A stretch of 64,000 bases of DNA from Moniliella sp. 'wahieum' (Eukaryota), in NCBI GenBank assembly GCA_003971905.1, contig RSEE01000093.1, forward strand, positions 186,001 through 250,000, read 5' to 3'. Shown here piece by piece: positions 23,425 to 35,057 of this stretch. Position numbers and translations under genes: made by a program. The notes beneath the pieces were generated by a model. That model was given only the letters and a program-made list of their open reading frames with translations, was not told the origin of the DNA and made no database searches. Numbering within the stretch: the stretch's first letter is position 1; the number at the start of each line of letters is the position of its first letter.

Positions 23425-25041
23425 ATGTCGCTTCTGTGTGCCATCTCGGGCGAGCCGGCGCTCGAGCCCGTCGTGTCCGTCAAGAGCGGCCGCGTGTACG
23501 AGCAGCGTCTCATCCGCAAGTATCTGGCCGAGCACGACAGCCAGGACCCCATCGACGGAACTGTCCTCGACCGCCCGCGACTTGGTCGCGGTCGCCACGG
23601 GCGCTCGGACCCGCACGGCGCAGCCCCGCCACGCAACGCCCACTTGACGTCCGTCCCGTCCCTGCTGACCTCGATGCAGAGCGAGTACGATGCGTTGCTC
23701 TCGAAATGGCAACGCTCAAGCGGCAGTACGACACGACGCGGCAAGAACTCGCTGCCGCTCTGTACTCGAACGACGCTGCGTCGCGCGTGATTGCACGCGT
23801 CCTGCGCGAGCGCGACGAAGCACGCGATGCCTTGGCCTCAATCGGAAGTGCCCTTCCTACTCATCTACCTCGAACACTGCCGACGCCGCCTCTGCAGAAG
23901 ATGCGGACATGCCAGATGCTGCCCGCTGTCGAAGCAGGTCTGCCTACTGAGCTGGTTGACACGGTCAACTCGCTTGCGGCTCAGCTCACCTCGGCCCGCA
24001 CGGGGAGGAGCAAGCGTAAGGCGCCTTCTGCCTATGGTGGTTGGCAACCTATACGGCCGCCAAAGGCGCTGCATTAGCCTTGCAATCGTCGACGACAATC
24101 GCACACCCCGCTCCAGTGGCTGTCACCTACCCACCCTATGCCTTGGCTTCTGCCGAACCCGGGGCCGTGGACCTCGTATCGACGGAAGGAACTGAACTTG
24201 GGCGTCTATCTCTTCCCGATACGGCCGGTGTGTCGGCACTGGCACTGGCGCTGCCGGCCCAGCCCACTCTAGGCCAGATTGCAGAGCTGCCACCTTTTAC
24301 TCTCGCTGCATCGGCCGATGGTACTTCGGTACATGTGGTAGCATTGCGCGACACGATCAAAGTGACGGCCACCATCTCCTGGCGGCGCTGGGTGGGGCCC
24401 AGCACACTCCACCTGTTGCCTTGGCGGTGCACCCGTCTCATGCGTTTTTCGCAGTCGGGCGGGCGACGCGGTGGCGCTCTTTGTTCCCTCGGGAGGTGAG
24501 CCTGTTCTGCTTGTCCGTGTCCAAGAAGGGGAGCAGATCACCGCAGCTGCTTTCCATCCCGACGGCCAGCTCCTCGTCACGGGCACAGCGAGCGGCAAAA
24601 TTGTAGTGTGGGACGTCAAGACTGGAGCACAAATGGCGGTGTTTGAGCCGACTGGCGCGGCCGAGGCGCAAGCCGGGCATGCGGTTGTGCCTGGCGGTCT
24701 TGCCTTTAGCGAAAATGGCTACACACTGGCTTCAATTGCCCAGGGAAGTTTGGCAGCTGTGATTTGGGACCTACGCAAGCTGGCGCCGGTGACGGCCTTG
24801 ACTTTGCGGTGGCCCCCACGGCCTTGGCGTTTGACCCCAATGCCCAAATGCTCGCCCTGGCGGCACCGGGTGAAGTGACACTGTACGCTACCAAGGGATG
24901 GAAGCCCCTCCTCACCTCGCCCCTCGAACCTGAGGCCACGCCACGGCTGTGGGCTGGGACCAAGCCACCGCGCACTTGTCCATCATCCAGTCCCGCACCG
25001 ATGATGCGCTCTTGTCGGTCTTTGCCCCACCCAAGGCGTAA
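23425..25041 (+). CDS. PRP19: Pre-mRNA processing factor 19 (U-box, coiled coil, WD40)
   Basis: U-box 'CAISGEPALEPVVSVKSGRVYEQRLIRKY', Prp19 segment 'TRQELAAALYSNDAASRVIARVLRERDEARDAL', WD40 'AFHPDGQLLVTG..WDVK', 'FSENGYTLAS..WDLRK'. Many frameshifts. Confidence 0.92.
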
Positions 25042-25235
25042 GGTGCTTCCCCAATAATCAACCCTCTGACCACCAATCTCTCGACCACTTCCTCTGACAG
25101 TTATCTTCGTGATTCCTCTGTGTAGATGAAGATCACGTCCCTCCTCTTGTATGACGCATGTGGCGGCGAATTACTGCAAAACAACCATGATGGATTGGAC
25201 TACTACAGACCTTGTTTGCGGTAGATTCAGTTGGC

Positions 25236-26386
25236 TTAGGCGGTCTTAGTCGGCACGTCCTGGTCGATGGGGCTTTGGGGCCGGTTTGCCCACCCATCCA
25301 ACTCTGCCATGATCGTGGTCAGTCGGACTGAATTTCTAGCAGGAGGCCCACTTACCTCGTCATAAATCACCGCGTTGACCCCGAGGCGTTGGAGAGCAAG
25401 CCAAATGATGGCGGCTGTCATGCCCGACCCACAAGTAGCCACTGCCCCGGGAGCCGGAGGAGGAAGCGTGCCGCGCAGCCTCCAGGCCCTCTGCACCACC
25501 AAGTGCATCCGAGGCTGCACGCCACAGTTGGGGCTGCTCCCCCAAGGTGGTGTAGGTATACTCCCGCGTACCATCGGTCCAACCGACTGTTGGCCTTGTG
25601 GACCGGGCACAGCTTCAGCAGAGCGGAAGGTGTGGGAAGTGACCAAGTTTGGTGAAAGGCAGACTAGTACTTCCGGGGATATGACCAGAAGACATGCCTT
25701 TCCGCGGCTCTGGCGTCTCCTGTGAACCGCGCATGGGAGCGGGCATCAAGGATAGGCACGCCACCCGGCTTACCTGTGCTCAGACCGTGCCAGAGCCACG
25801 ACTTCATCGTACGTCACTGTCGCCGCCGTGGGGGGCTCGAGTCCGCCTGATTTGGTCTCGGACGGAGCCAGGGCAGGCGGCAGCGGCTGAGGGGCCTTGC
25901 TCCAAGGGGTATCCCTCCTTGAGCCAAGCGAGCAGGCCTCCATCTAGCACCGAGACACGTTCGTGTCCACGGGCAACAAAGTAAAGGCAGTGCGGGGAGC
26001 GGAGAAGGTGCCCTCCACATCATACGCAACAACATGGTCGGACGGAGAATACCAAGAGCTTGGCGCGCGTCGTCAAAGGTGCGTTGAGAGGGCAGCATGT
26101 GCGGAAGAGGCACCCCATTGACTGCAGCCGGGGTGGCGACAGCGTCTACGTCCCAAAACTGGGCATTAGGAAGACGAGGGCCCCGATTGTACTCCTCCTT
26201 GGGGTTGCGCCCAGAGGCAGGCATGTGCCACGAAGCATCAAGGAGCACGATGCGCTGTGCGCATCGGCGAGACGCGTGTGGCTCTTTGGGCGTCAAGAGC
26301 AGAGGCGGTGCAGCAAGGGCCGAGGCGCGGGCCGAAACCGTTTGGGCGGCAGCGGCGGCGCTAGAGGGGGACATGCTGCTGCTCAT
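25236..26386 (-). CDS. TUM1: Tandem-rhodanese 3-mercaptopyruvate/thiosulfate sulfurtransferase (Tum1-like)
   Basis: 'VLLDASWHMP', 'LPHMLPS', active-site loop 'TCGSGMTAAIIWLAL', 'YDE|SWMGW' across a short intron near 25355-25303. Confidence 0.85.
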
Positions 26387-27379
26387 GTTACGAATCCCAG
26401 AGGCAAGGAGACGAGGAGAAAGACGCCCAGCCGAAGAGTGACATGGACGCTACGCCGGTGGTGGCAGCACATCACCAAAGCACGTAACCTCCATGTTGGA
26501 AGCCCCAATTGCAATGAGCCACTTTCAAATTGCAATTGGCACGGTCCGTGCGCTGAAGACGTCCAACTGATGACGTTCGAGGCTTATTGCGCCTGTGAGG
26601 CTTATTTTTGGTGCTTGATCGGTGAGACCTGGATCCCTGCCTGTTGAGGCTTGATGGTCTTCGAGGGTGATGCAATCGCACTCGTGGTGGTGGTGGTCTA
26701 ATCCAGCCAACAACACCTACAAGAGGGACATCAAACTCTTCAGGTAACCGTTAGTCGCCACCAGGAGTTATATTAGGCTGCGGAACGAGAGAGACAGAAG
26801 CGAGGAAGAAGCGAGGAAAAAAAAATGGAACTCCTGCAGTACTATATATACTTAGGCCTGTGTGAGGAGGGACTGGAGGGACCTTGGTCAAACACATATG
26901 AACCACCCGGTGGTTCAACCCCCCCCCACCCCCAAGCCCAGGGACCAAAGAAAACCCGTAGCCCAAAAACGCGGTAAAAGAAAGGACCAAACGAGAAGAA
27001 AGGGGAGAGCCAAATGGAAGTGCTGATGAGAGAGATGTATAGAAAGGAGTAGTTGGGAAGACCAACCGCGGTTTGGTGAATCAATCAATCAGAGAGATAA
27101 TCAATTAAAGGAGAGTATGGGGAACCACTAGTTCGCCGTGATGTGACACCACGCATCGGTCTCACGGATCTTACTGAGTCTGCCGAGCTTCTCGGCAAGA
27201 ACATTGACTTTGCAGTGTCGTCGAACTGTCACGACGTCATATATTTATGAAGAGGAAGAGACAAGGAGGAGGCTGGGAGGCGGTGAAGTGTGGAAGCTCT
27301 TCAAAAGGGATATATGATTCCACTGCTCATTAACTCGGCCAGCCTTGTTCAAAATGCTGAGGGTTCAACAGAATGAGCA

Positions 27380-28720
27380 CAACGATTGCTCTACAAACAT
27401 ATTGTAGCAGGCATCCGTAATAAGGTATGCCACCTTTGCAGCTCAGGTAGATATGGCTTGCACCCACGTGGCAACCAAGCTCTCGATCCCGACAATCGAG
27501 AGGGGGTACGCGCGTACCAAATTATACGGAAAAGAAGCACGATAGAAAGCATATTGGGAAGTTGGAAAAGCAGGTGAGGACAGGCACAAGTATATAAGGA
27601 TAGAGAAAGAGATAGTGCCAATGCCGTCATCGGCTTATTGTGGACGACCTGCCTATATAGAAAAGGCATGATAAATGTATGGGAAAAGTTAATGCTTTCT
27701 TGTGGGCTTGAAGACGGATGGTCGCGTTTTCCAAAATCATGTTGCGCATCCGGGAGCATGGTTCATAGTGTGCAGTCCCCGCGCAGGCCTATTCACTAGA
27801 TGTGGAAGCGACGGGAGCGTAGTTGCCCCCCCCCCCCAGAAACATATATCAAGAGGATTATAAGGACGCGATGATATATAGAAGCTCTGATGTATCAACA
27901 CGGCAAACAAAGGGCAGAAAATCATGCCCAGACCCTTATAAAAGGTGGTGTTGCCGTCGAAGAACAGCGTAAAAACCTCGACTGCTGGTGGTCTATTAGT
28001 TGGCAGTACTGCAATCGATCAGGGTAGGTAAGTCTCCACTGCTAGGCCAACCCTCCCATGCACCCCTCATATAAGCTCCTATCTGCGTCTCGATGAAAGG
28101 AACCGCCGCTGGGATACGTAGCAGTCTCGCGGAAGAATAACACTCCCGGAGACGCGCCCTAGTGTGCAGACCACGTCACCCCAATGAAGCTCCCGAAGCA
28201 AACGATGTGGGTGTGCCACAAGCCCATGACTCGTGCCCAGCATCGAAAACCTTCTTCGTATGTTCTCCCGTCATACGAGAACTCATTCTTACTATTCTCC
28301 ACAGCAGCGATCACCACCAAACGGAAGAGCTTGGGACCCATATGGAAAAATCGAACAACAAGTTGGCCCGGTGTGCCAATCGGAGATGCTGCACAACAAA
28401 CTGTTGTGAGCTCGTTCTAGTCCGAGACCCAAAGGCCAAGTGAATCAGCGCCGATGAGACTGTGGATATCTTCACCTGGGGTGTGGTATGACCCTATCTT
28501 TTAAAGACGAACTGAGAAGACGCCAAAGTCAGCATGTCAGCAGCACGACTAAGCAAATTCATGGACATAACGGTGGAGTTAAGCATAAATCATTGTGAGA
28601 TGTGGAACTATTTGTGGTCCAGACCAGAGATGATGTAATGTGGGCGGTAGGTCCCAATTCGACCATCGCAGAATTGCCCCCGACAGAGACCATTGTAGGG
28701 TGCCTAAGACGTTATTAACC
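27380..28720 (-). pseudogene. Decayed, apparently intron-containing gene for a possible multi-pass membrane protein
   Basis: Minus-strand branch/acceptor signals (CTGAC..CAG at ~28512; TTAAC..TAG at ~27653) and hydrophobic fragments 'GLGMIFCPLFAVLIH', 'HYLFLYPYILV', 'VVRFFHMGPKLFRLVVIAAV' broken by stops and frameshifts. Confidence 0.2.
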
Positions 28721-30959
28721 CAAGGCCAAAAGGGTTGTCCTGGTTTAAACTGGTCCATCTCATGAAGGTTGACAGTAAATTAACATGGGACACATATCGG
28801 CCAAAATGTTGGGATCCGTGCCATCATTACAATGACGGTGGCGTTCATACAATACCGTGTAGGTTTGTGGAGTTCAACAACGTCCGCACTAAACACCCGT
28901 CGAATGGCATATGATCTCATTGATCTGACTCGAACGGAGACCTCCGTCGATCAAACGTCGCTAGTCATCGACTGCCTTTTGCACACCTGTGGATGTGCAT
29001 GTGGGAGGTTGTCGGGACAGACGAAGAATTTTTCAACCTAAATTTCTCTCCGTAAATACCCTCTTCTAGAACCTCCACAACAGCTGGTACGCCCATTTCA
29101 GTACCTCACCGCTTCTCTGTCACGTCCAGGAGACGGTCCTCAGTAGGCAGCCAGGAACGAGTCTAATAGTCGCATGGACATATAAGCATAGAAGCATGGA
29201 ACGGATGAGAGAAATGAAGCTGCCGTTCAAATGTTTCCACAGCAGCAGGAGGCGTTACCATGCGACGTGGGTTTAGGACGGGATCTTTCAGTAGCTCGAG
29301 TATAGATATTGTAAGACGTTTCGACGGAAGATTGTTTCGTGGATGAAAGAGAAAGCCAATATGAATAGAGCAAAAGCCCGCCAAGACCAGATAGAAGATG
29401 CCATGTGCAATTCGTTGAGTTTTAACGCGCGAAGACAGACACTTGAGTGGACCAATCGCCGTGTGCCCGCTTCTCGGTGTCGTCACAGCCACAATCTTCT
29501 CCTCGAGGGATGAGAGTCGGTTAGAGTTAATAAGACTATGTATACGTGTTGATTGTTGGAATCACTACTGACTCTCGCATGTGGTGGCCACACCGAAATC
29601 GTCTTCCCATGAGGAACAAATGGTAAGAGATGAGTTTGGTATTGGCTGAGCCGTTCTTTGACCAGCAGTTGAGAAGCATGATGTTCGAAAATTCAGTGGG
29701 AAAAAGGAGACGGATTATGGTCTTCGACCCAGTCGCCACCAGCAGGGGCGAGGTAACTCCTATAATCTATGGGCCTGAAAAGAGGCATTGAAGGGACCTT
29801 GATGAAACGCACGGGAGCCACCCGATGATTTAACGTGTTACTCTACCTCCAACTGAGTGGGGAGGAGGAAACATTAAGGGTTCTTATCCGGACAATATTA
29901 TCTTCACCTTGAGACTTATAACCGATAAATCAACTTATAGTACATGTGCCCAAACGATTGGGGCGATCTTCCCTCCACTTAGTTGTTCAGGGGTGGCTAT
30001 ATCTGACGGCAACAGAAGCAAATGTGCTACCCGGGATTGTCTCTTCATGGGGGGATATCCCTCACCGTGAGTACGAGGATAAATTCGACGAAACAGTTAC
30101 TCATTCGAAGACGCGGTGTAAAGAAAGGGATGGGTCCAGCCGGAGACCGAGAGGCCCTTGGACACACGTCGTATGTGTAGGCACAAGTTCGGGCATGCGC
30201 ACAGAAAAAGTTTGATTGAAAGTCTCTCAAATCATCTTATGCCGGAGTTGCTTTTCATCATCGTTTCTGTTTGTGGTGGGGCCACAGAGGCGGTACATTT
30301 CCGGATGGTGCAGCGGTGAAGACAAGCACGACTATTGCGGGCCTGATGGAACCCAAACCTTTCCCCGCCCTCATAGTTATAAAAGGACAGGAAACGAGTT
30401 GGTTTGGGGGGATGGTGTATAGAACTCTCGTTACACGTGTAGTATAGAGGGTCACCGGTCACCCCCGACGCGAGAGACTCTCTGAGATGGCGGAAACCCA
30501 CCTCTTCTGTCCTCCATTCTTTCGGTACCTCTCTTCACATGCGACTCCTACATGACGTGCATATGATGGGTGCAGTTTTGACAATGCGATGGGGAGCTTG
30601 TGTTCGAAGAGCGGCCGCACATAGTATAGAGATGTGTGGCACGAGAACGAGGCATATAAGAATGTGTCGGGTAAGAGGTACTAATAAACCGTCCTCTTGT
30701 TGGACGCAATTTCAAGGTTTGTGATAGAGGGCGTGACTGTGAGTGTTTTATAGGGGTGTTCGTACGGGTGTTCGCACAGCTTTAGTGGGAGATTTGCTGC
30801 GGTCTTCGCCGTCAACAACAGGCCTCTCTTCTCTTCTCATCATGCTGTTTCCCCACCCCGTGACAGAGAGTCCCGTTACCACCCTCTCCCGGTAATATCG
30901 GTAATGCTAACCGAGCATTGATGGCCACGATGCATGAGCCGATTGGAAGCTTTGAGACC

Positions 30960-32810
30960 CTCACATGTGAGTGACATGTGACACACGTCTATATTCCAAC
31001 GCCGCCGCCTCTTCCTCCATTCGCGGTGGCGCGCTATATACGCCCGGGGACGTACCAATTATCATCTTTCCCTCTGCCGCACAGATTTGGCAGTGCCATT
31101 CCACTTCGACAGGACTTGGATATATATATATGCCGAAGACGCGACTACCATCGCAATTCCCATTTGTGAGCCCATTTCTGTCAGCAGTAGCAGGAAGCAG
31201 GGTATGTGTGGCTGCGAGATGCTCGTTGAGCGACACTGAACGTTGAATGTTGAAGAACGTACGTTGAACACGTTAAACGTTGAGTGCATTGACTTCTTGA
31301 GCTTAAGCGCCGCGGAAATTGCCGTTTAACGTGTTTAACGCGCTACACGATCGGCTTCGATCAGGCGACGTTGTGCAAGCGAGATACTGTGCATTTGTGG
31401 ATGCATTCTCACAGAGGCTGTGAGAATGGAACGAGTAATGCTAGTGATGAGCGCGCTTTTAGCTGAAGCGACTCTACATCGCTCAGCGTTGACGCTCACC
31501 TCCTGAGCTCTCAAGTTTTACTCCTGAGTAGTGCTCAAGCCCTCACGCGTCACGTACTGAGGACTGAGGCTCAGTACGTTCAACGTTCAACGTTCAGTAT
31601 CAGTCCACAGGACGAGACAAAACTATACCGTCGCGAGTCGCAGGCCACCTGTCACATACATGTCACGCCGAGCTTCTTGTATTCCTTCGCACATATCTCT
31701 CAGAGCGGCTGCTGTGCGGTATTCGGCTAGGTTTACTTACTTTTGCATGCACACGTTTGCAGCTAATAGATGTTTCATCCCGTCTGAGGTCGATGATCGA
31801 TGCGGCCTGAGGCCTGAGGCCATGCATGGAAGCGGTTGTGTTTGCGTCTGATGCGTGTGCAAAGGCAAGTGTGTGTGTGGACGGAAATAATACAACGACA
31901 ACAGTGTTGCTTTTATCGAACTTCTTTGGTTGACGTCTTATTGGTGGCATACTATATTGTTAGTACCCTCGCATCGTCATGCATGCATCATGATCCAGGG
32001 GGAAGAATGGCTCTTGAGCAGCTTGAGTGGGCGTCCCTGTCGTATTTGGAGTACTTGTCGTATTTCGCTTGTTCTTCCAGCACAGACGAAGCCGCCCTCT
32101 TGTTCCTCTCCCGTTGGCGTTCAACGAACAACGTTCAACGTGTTCAACACGTTGCACAAGCTTCAAACGAAGCGCTGTAGTTTCCTCGTGTACGTGTGAC
32201 TTCGTCATGTGACTTTGTGACTTTGTGAACATGATGCATCAGGACCACAGAGGCTGAGCCTCAGGCCCAGGCCACCGATTGCCGCCACATCGCGTCACTA
32301 GTCACTATAGTCACTAGAGTCACTAGCGTCAACCGGCGATGGAAAAACCAATGCCCGACTCAAGTACTCAAAGGACCTGCAGTGTGATGCATGTGATGGC
32401 ACGTGACATGTGACACTGGTATCTGACAGTCAGACGGGACGTTCGCGACGCGTCGCTAGTCACTAGTCACTGTGACGAGTATTTACCAGTTGAATTCTTA
32501 GTGACCGAGTGACCGGTGACCGGCCCTAGCCTGCTCCGCTTAGCTTGGCCTAGCCTGGGGACCGGCTTACCGGTTACCGGTTACCAACAACGCGGTACGT
32601 ACACTCTGTTTGGATCTAAGATCTCTGATCTCACCATGTCACACCTTCTCACACTCGTTTGCCAGTGGCGAAAGCACATGTGCCTGGGTGCGACTATGGG
32701 CGCTGTCAAGCTTCAAGCTTCAAGCTTCAAGGCGCGCTTCAAGCTTCAAGGTAGTGTCACCATGTCACCCATTCGCGCTAAGCTTAATCATTCATCAGCC
32801 TAGGGCCTAA
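30960..32810. repeat. Dense cluster of 7-bp-period TNA-[4-bp palindrome] microrepeats with many different cores
   Basis: acgttcaacgttcaacgttca (31576), ggcctgaggcctgaggcc (31804), tgatgcatca (32232), tcactagtca (32295), tgaccggtgaccgg (32510), ttaccggttaccggtta (32567), (tcaagct)3 (32706). Confidence 0.85.
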
Positions 32811-33396
32811 TCGATGACAGGACTGGCCCAGCACAACCACCATGGCGTGAGGCGTTGCCTAGCGGTGCACGCACTGGCGGTGCACTGTTACATGTTAGGG
32901 TTTTGCACACCATCCTTAATCCTTGCAGCCCACACTCATTTTCCTAGCCTGCACCCTGGCTGAGCACCGAATCTCAGATCGCAGCATTCGCTACATATGC
33001 AGGCACCCACTTCTTGCATTGTGAGTTGCATGTGAGTCCCGACTACCGAATGAGTACTTGGTGGCTGTGTATGAATGAGATCGACGGTGGCCCGCCACAG
33101 GACCCTGCGGCCTGGAGAGCGACTGCAGAAGCGGCGACACCGCAGGACAAAGGGCTATGTGATACATCGCACATAGGTACTAGGTGGTGGCGCTGGTGGC
33201 ACACCCGAATCTATGGAGCGTCTAAGCAGATTATTAGCAGAACATAGCATTGTAATGGGTTGCTGGTGTCCTCCTCAAAACTCTGGTGCGCGAGGCACCA
33301 TCACGTCAATCACGAAGATAAGTAAACGTTCGGGGTAGTAAAAGTTCGGGGGAGGCATCCCTGAGAAGCCAGAGGCGGGGGGCCAATCCGCATCGA

Positions 33397-35057
33397 TTAT
33401 TTCGTCAGCTCTTTGAGTTCGGGGAGGGTCTTGGTCATACCCGCCTTGTCCCCCAAAGCTACCGGTGAAGATTCCGGGTCGAGGAGGGCAGCAAGTGCGT
33501 CGTTGGGGTTGGTCGCTCTCCGCTGCGCGGCATAGCGGGTGAGCCTGGCAGACAACTGGGAGACGCAGGTATTGATGCTGGTCGACGCCCGGGAGCTTGA
33601 TCGGTCAAGCAGTAAAAGGCCGTGGCTCAAGACGCGGTTGGCCAATGAGGGGTCCGGGTCATAGAACTGCTCGGTCGGGTGGGTACTTGGCTAGGGTCGA
33701 CCCAATAGCCCGAGGTGACCACCGAAATCGCGTCGGCCGACAGCGCCGTGTGCCACATAACTGCCACAAGAGGCAGAGCAAGCGCCCATGCAGCGTGCAT
33801 ATCAAACGTGCGATACAGCGGCGGTCGGTCCACCGCCCAGTCGAGGCTAGTGCCCGCGAGAACCAGGAGCAATGCAACTCGCAGCCGGTGCAAGATCGCC
33901 CGTCTTCCCGCAGAGGCAGTAACACCACTACTCGCCACTTCATCAACGTCGTTTTGAAAAAGAACGCCACCCATTACCATGGGTGTGGATCCCGACCACC
34001 AATGAGGCCATAGCGTCAGGAAGAACCAGACCCCCCAGACGGCGGGGAAGAGCACCTTGTTGACAGAGACGAAAAAGGGGGCACGGAGTAAAGTGCAAAC
34101 CATACCGAATGCCTCAATACCCAGCACGGTATACACAACCTTAGTCCCAAGCTTGAAGCGCTGGAAGCTCTGAAGACATAGCAGGGTGACGGGAAAGGTG
34201 GGAATTCTTGCCAGGTGGGCTCCACCGAGCCAGGCGAGCCAAGCCCTGGAACAATGTCGCAACCAGGGCGACGTGCAGCCCAGCTGCCATTGCAAGATCA
34301 CTGCGCGGCGTATGGCGAACACTCCCAATCACAGCCCCAAACCCTGCAATCACCCAAGCGAAGGTGGTGTAGGTGTAGAGGTTAGCGAGAGGGAAGGTGC
34401 CGGGCAGAGCGGGAGGTGAAGGAGTGTTGGCGCTGGGACGGAAACGCAGTAGCGCAATGATATGGACGATAAGGGTGAGTGTCATCCCCAGTGCTGCGAG
34501 GGGCTCCTCCATGCCACCCACTCGGACAAAGACCCAATGACCATTGTACTTGACCATCTCCTTCAATATGGGCGGCATGGCATCCAGGGCGGTCTTGGCC
34601 CTCGCATTCGCTTCGGCCGAGATGGCGGGGAGACTAGCGTTGGGCAAGGCGGCCTGGGCTTGGAGCAGGGCATTTTGGCGAATGGCCTGAGTACGTTGGA
34701 TGGCATCGTTAGTGAGGGTGTGGGTGCAGCGATAGGCGGTGTCCGCAAGGCAGTCCCACAGCGTCCAGCGCATGCTCCACGGTTGGTTGCGAAGCCACCC
34801 GTCACCACGGCCCGTGATACCATCATCCACGCCATCAGGGCCGCAGACGTCGTCATAGCGGGATTGGATGCAGAGGCTGAACTCGGTCGTGTCGGCGCCA
34901 TTGCTGGCAAAGGAATGGTGGTCGACGGAGTCGGCTTCCGAGATGGTGTAGAGTGTCGGTGGTGGCGGGCCAAGGGTTGGGTAGGAGCGACAGTGGCCAT
35001 CGTGCTCATGGCCAATGTGGCCACGGTGACGAAAAACAGTGGGCAGCGCCGACGCAT
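33397..35057 (-). CDS. Per1/PGAP3-like GPI-remodelling family protein (CREST superfamily), divergent
   Basis: Signal-peptide-like start, 'ASNGAD..FSLCI', 'RWTLWDCLAD..YRCTH', 'VKYNGHWVFVRVGGMEEP', 'DRPPLYRTFDMHAAW' matching Per1 architecture; several frameshifts. Confidence 0.78.

Noticed and set aside
22760..25041. Programmed frameshifting in MBF1 or PRP19
   Set aside because: Frameshifts are numerous, affect nearly all longer genes and lack a shared slippery-site context; assembly error is more parsimonious.
30960..32810. CRISPR array or cloning polylinker, since the units contain HindIII, SpeI, AgeI, StuI and NsiI-type sites
   Set aside because: No constant 25-40 bp repeat with spacers and no cas genes. 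The sites are degenerate, tandemly repeated and dispersed across the window rather than forming a vector cloning site.
15703..33000. Mating-type locus
   Set aside because: No STE3 receptor, homeodomain genes or typical flanking genes recognised; only one ambiguous CAAX segment.
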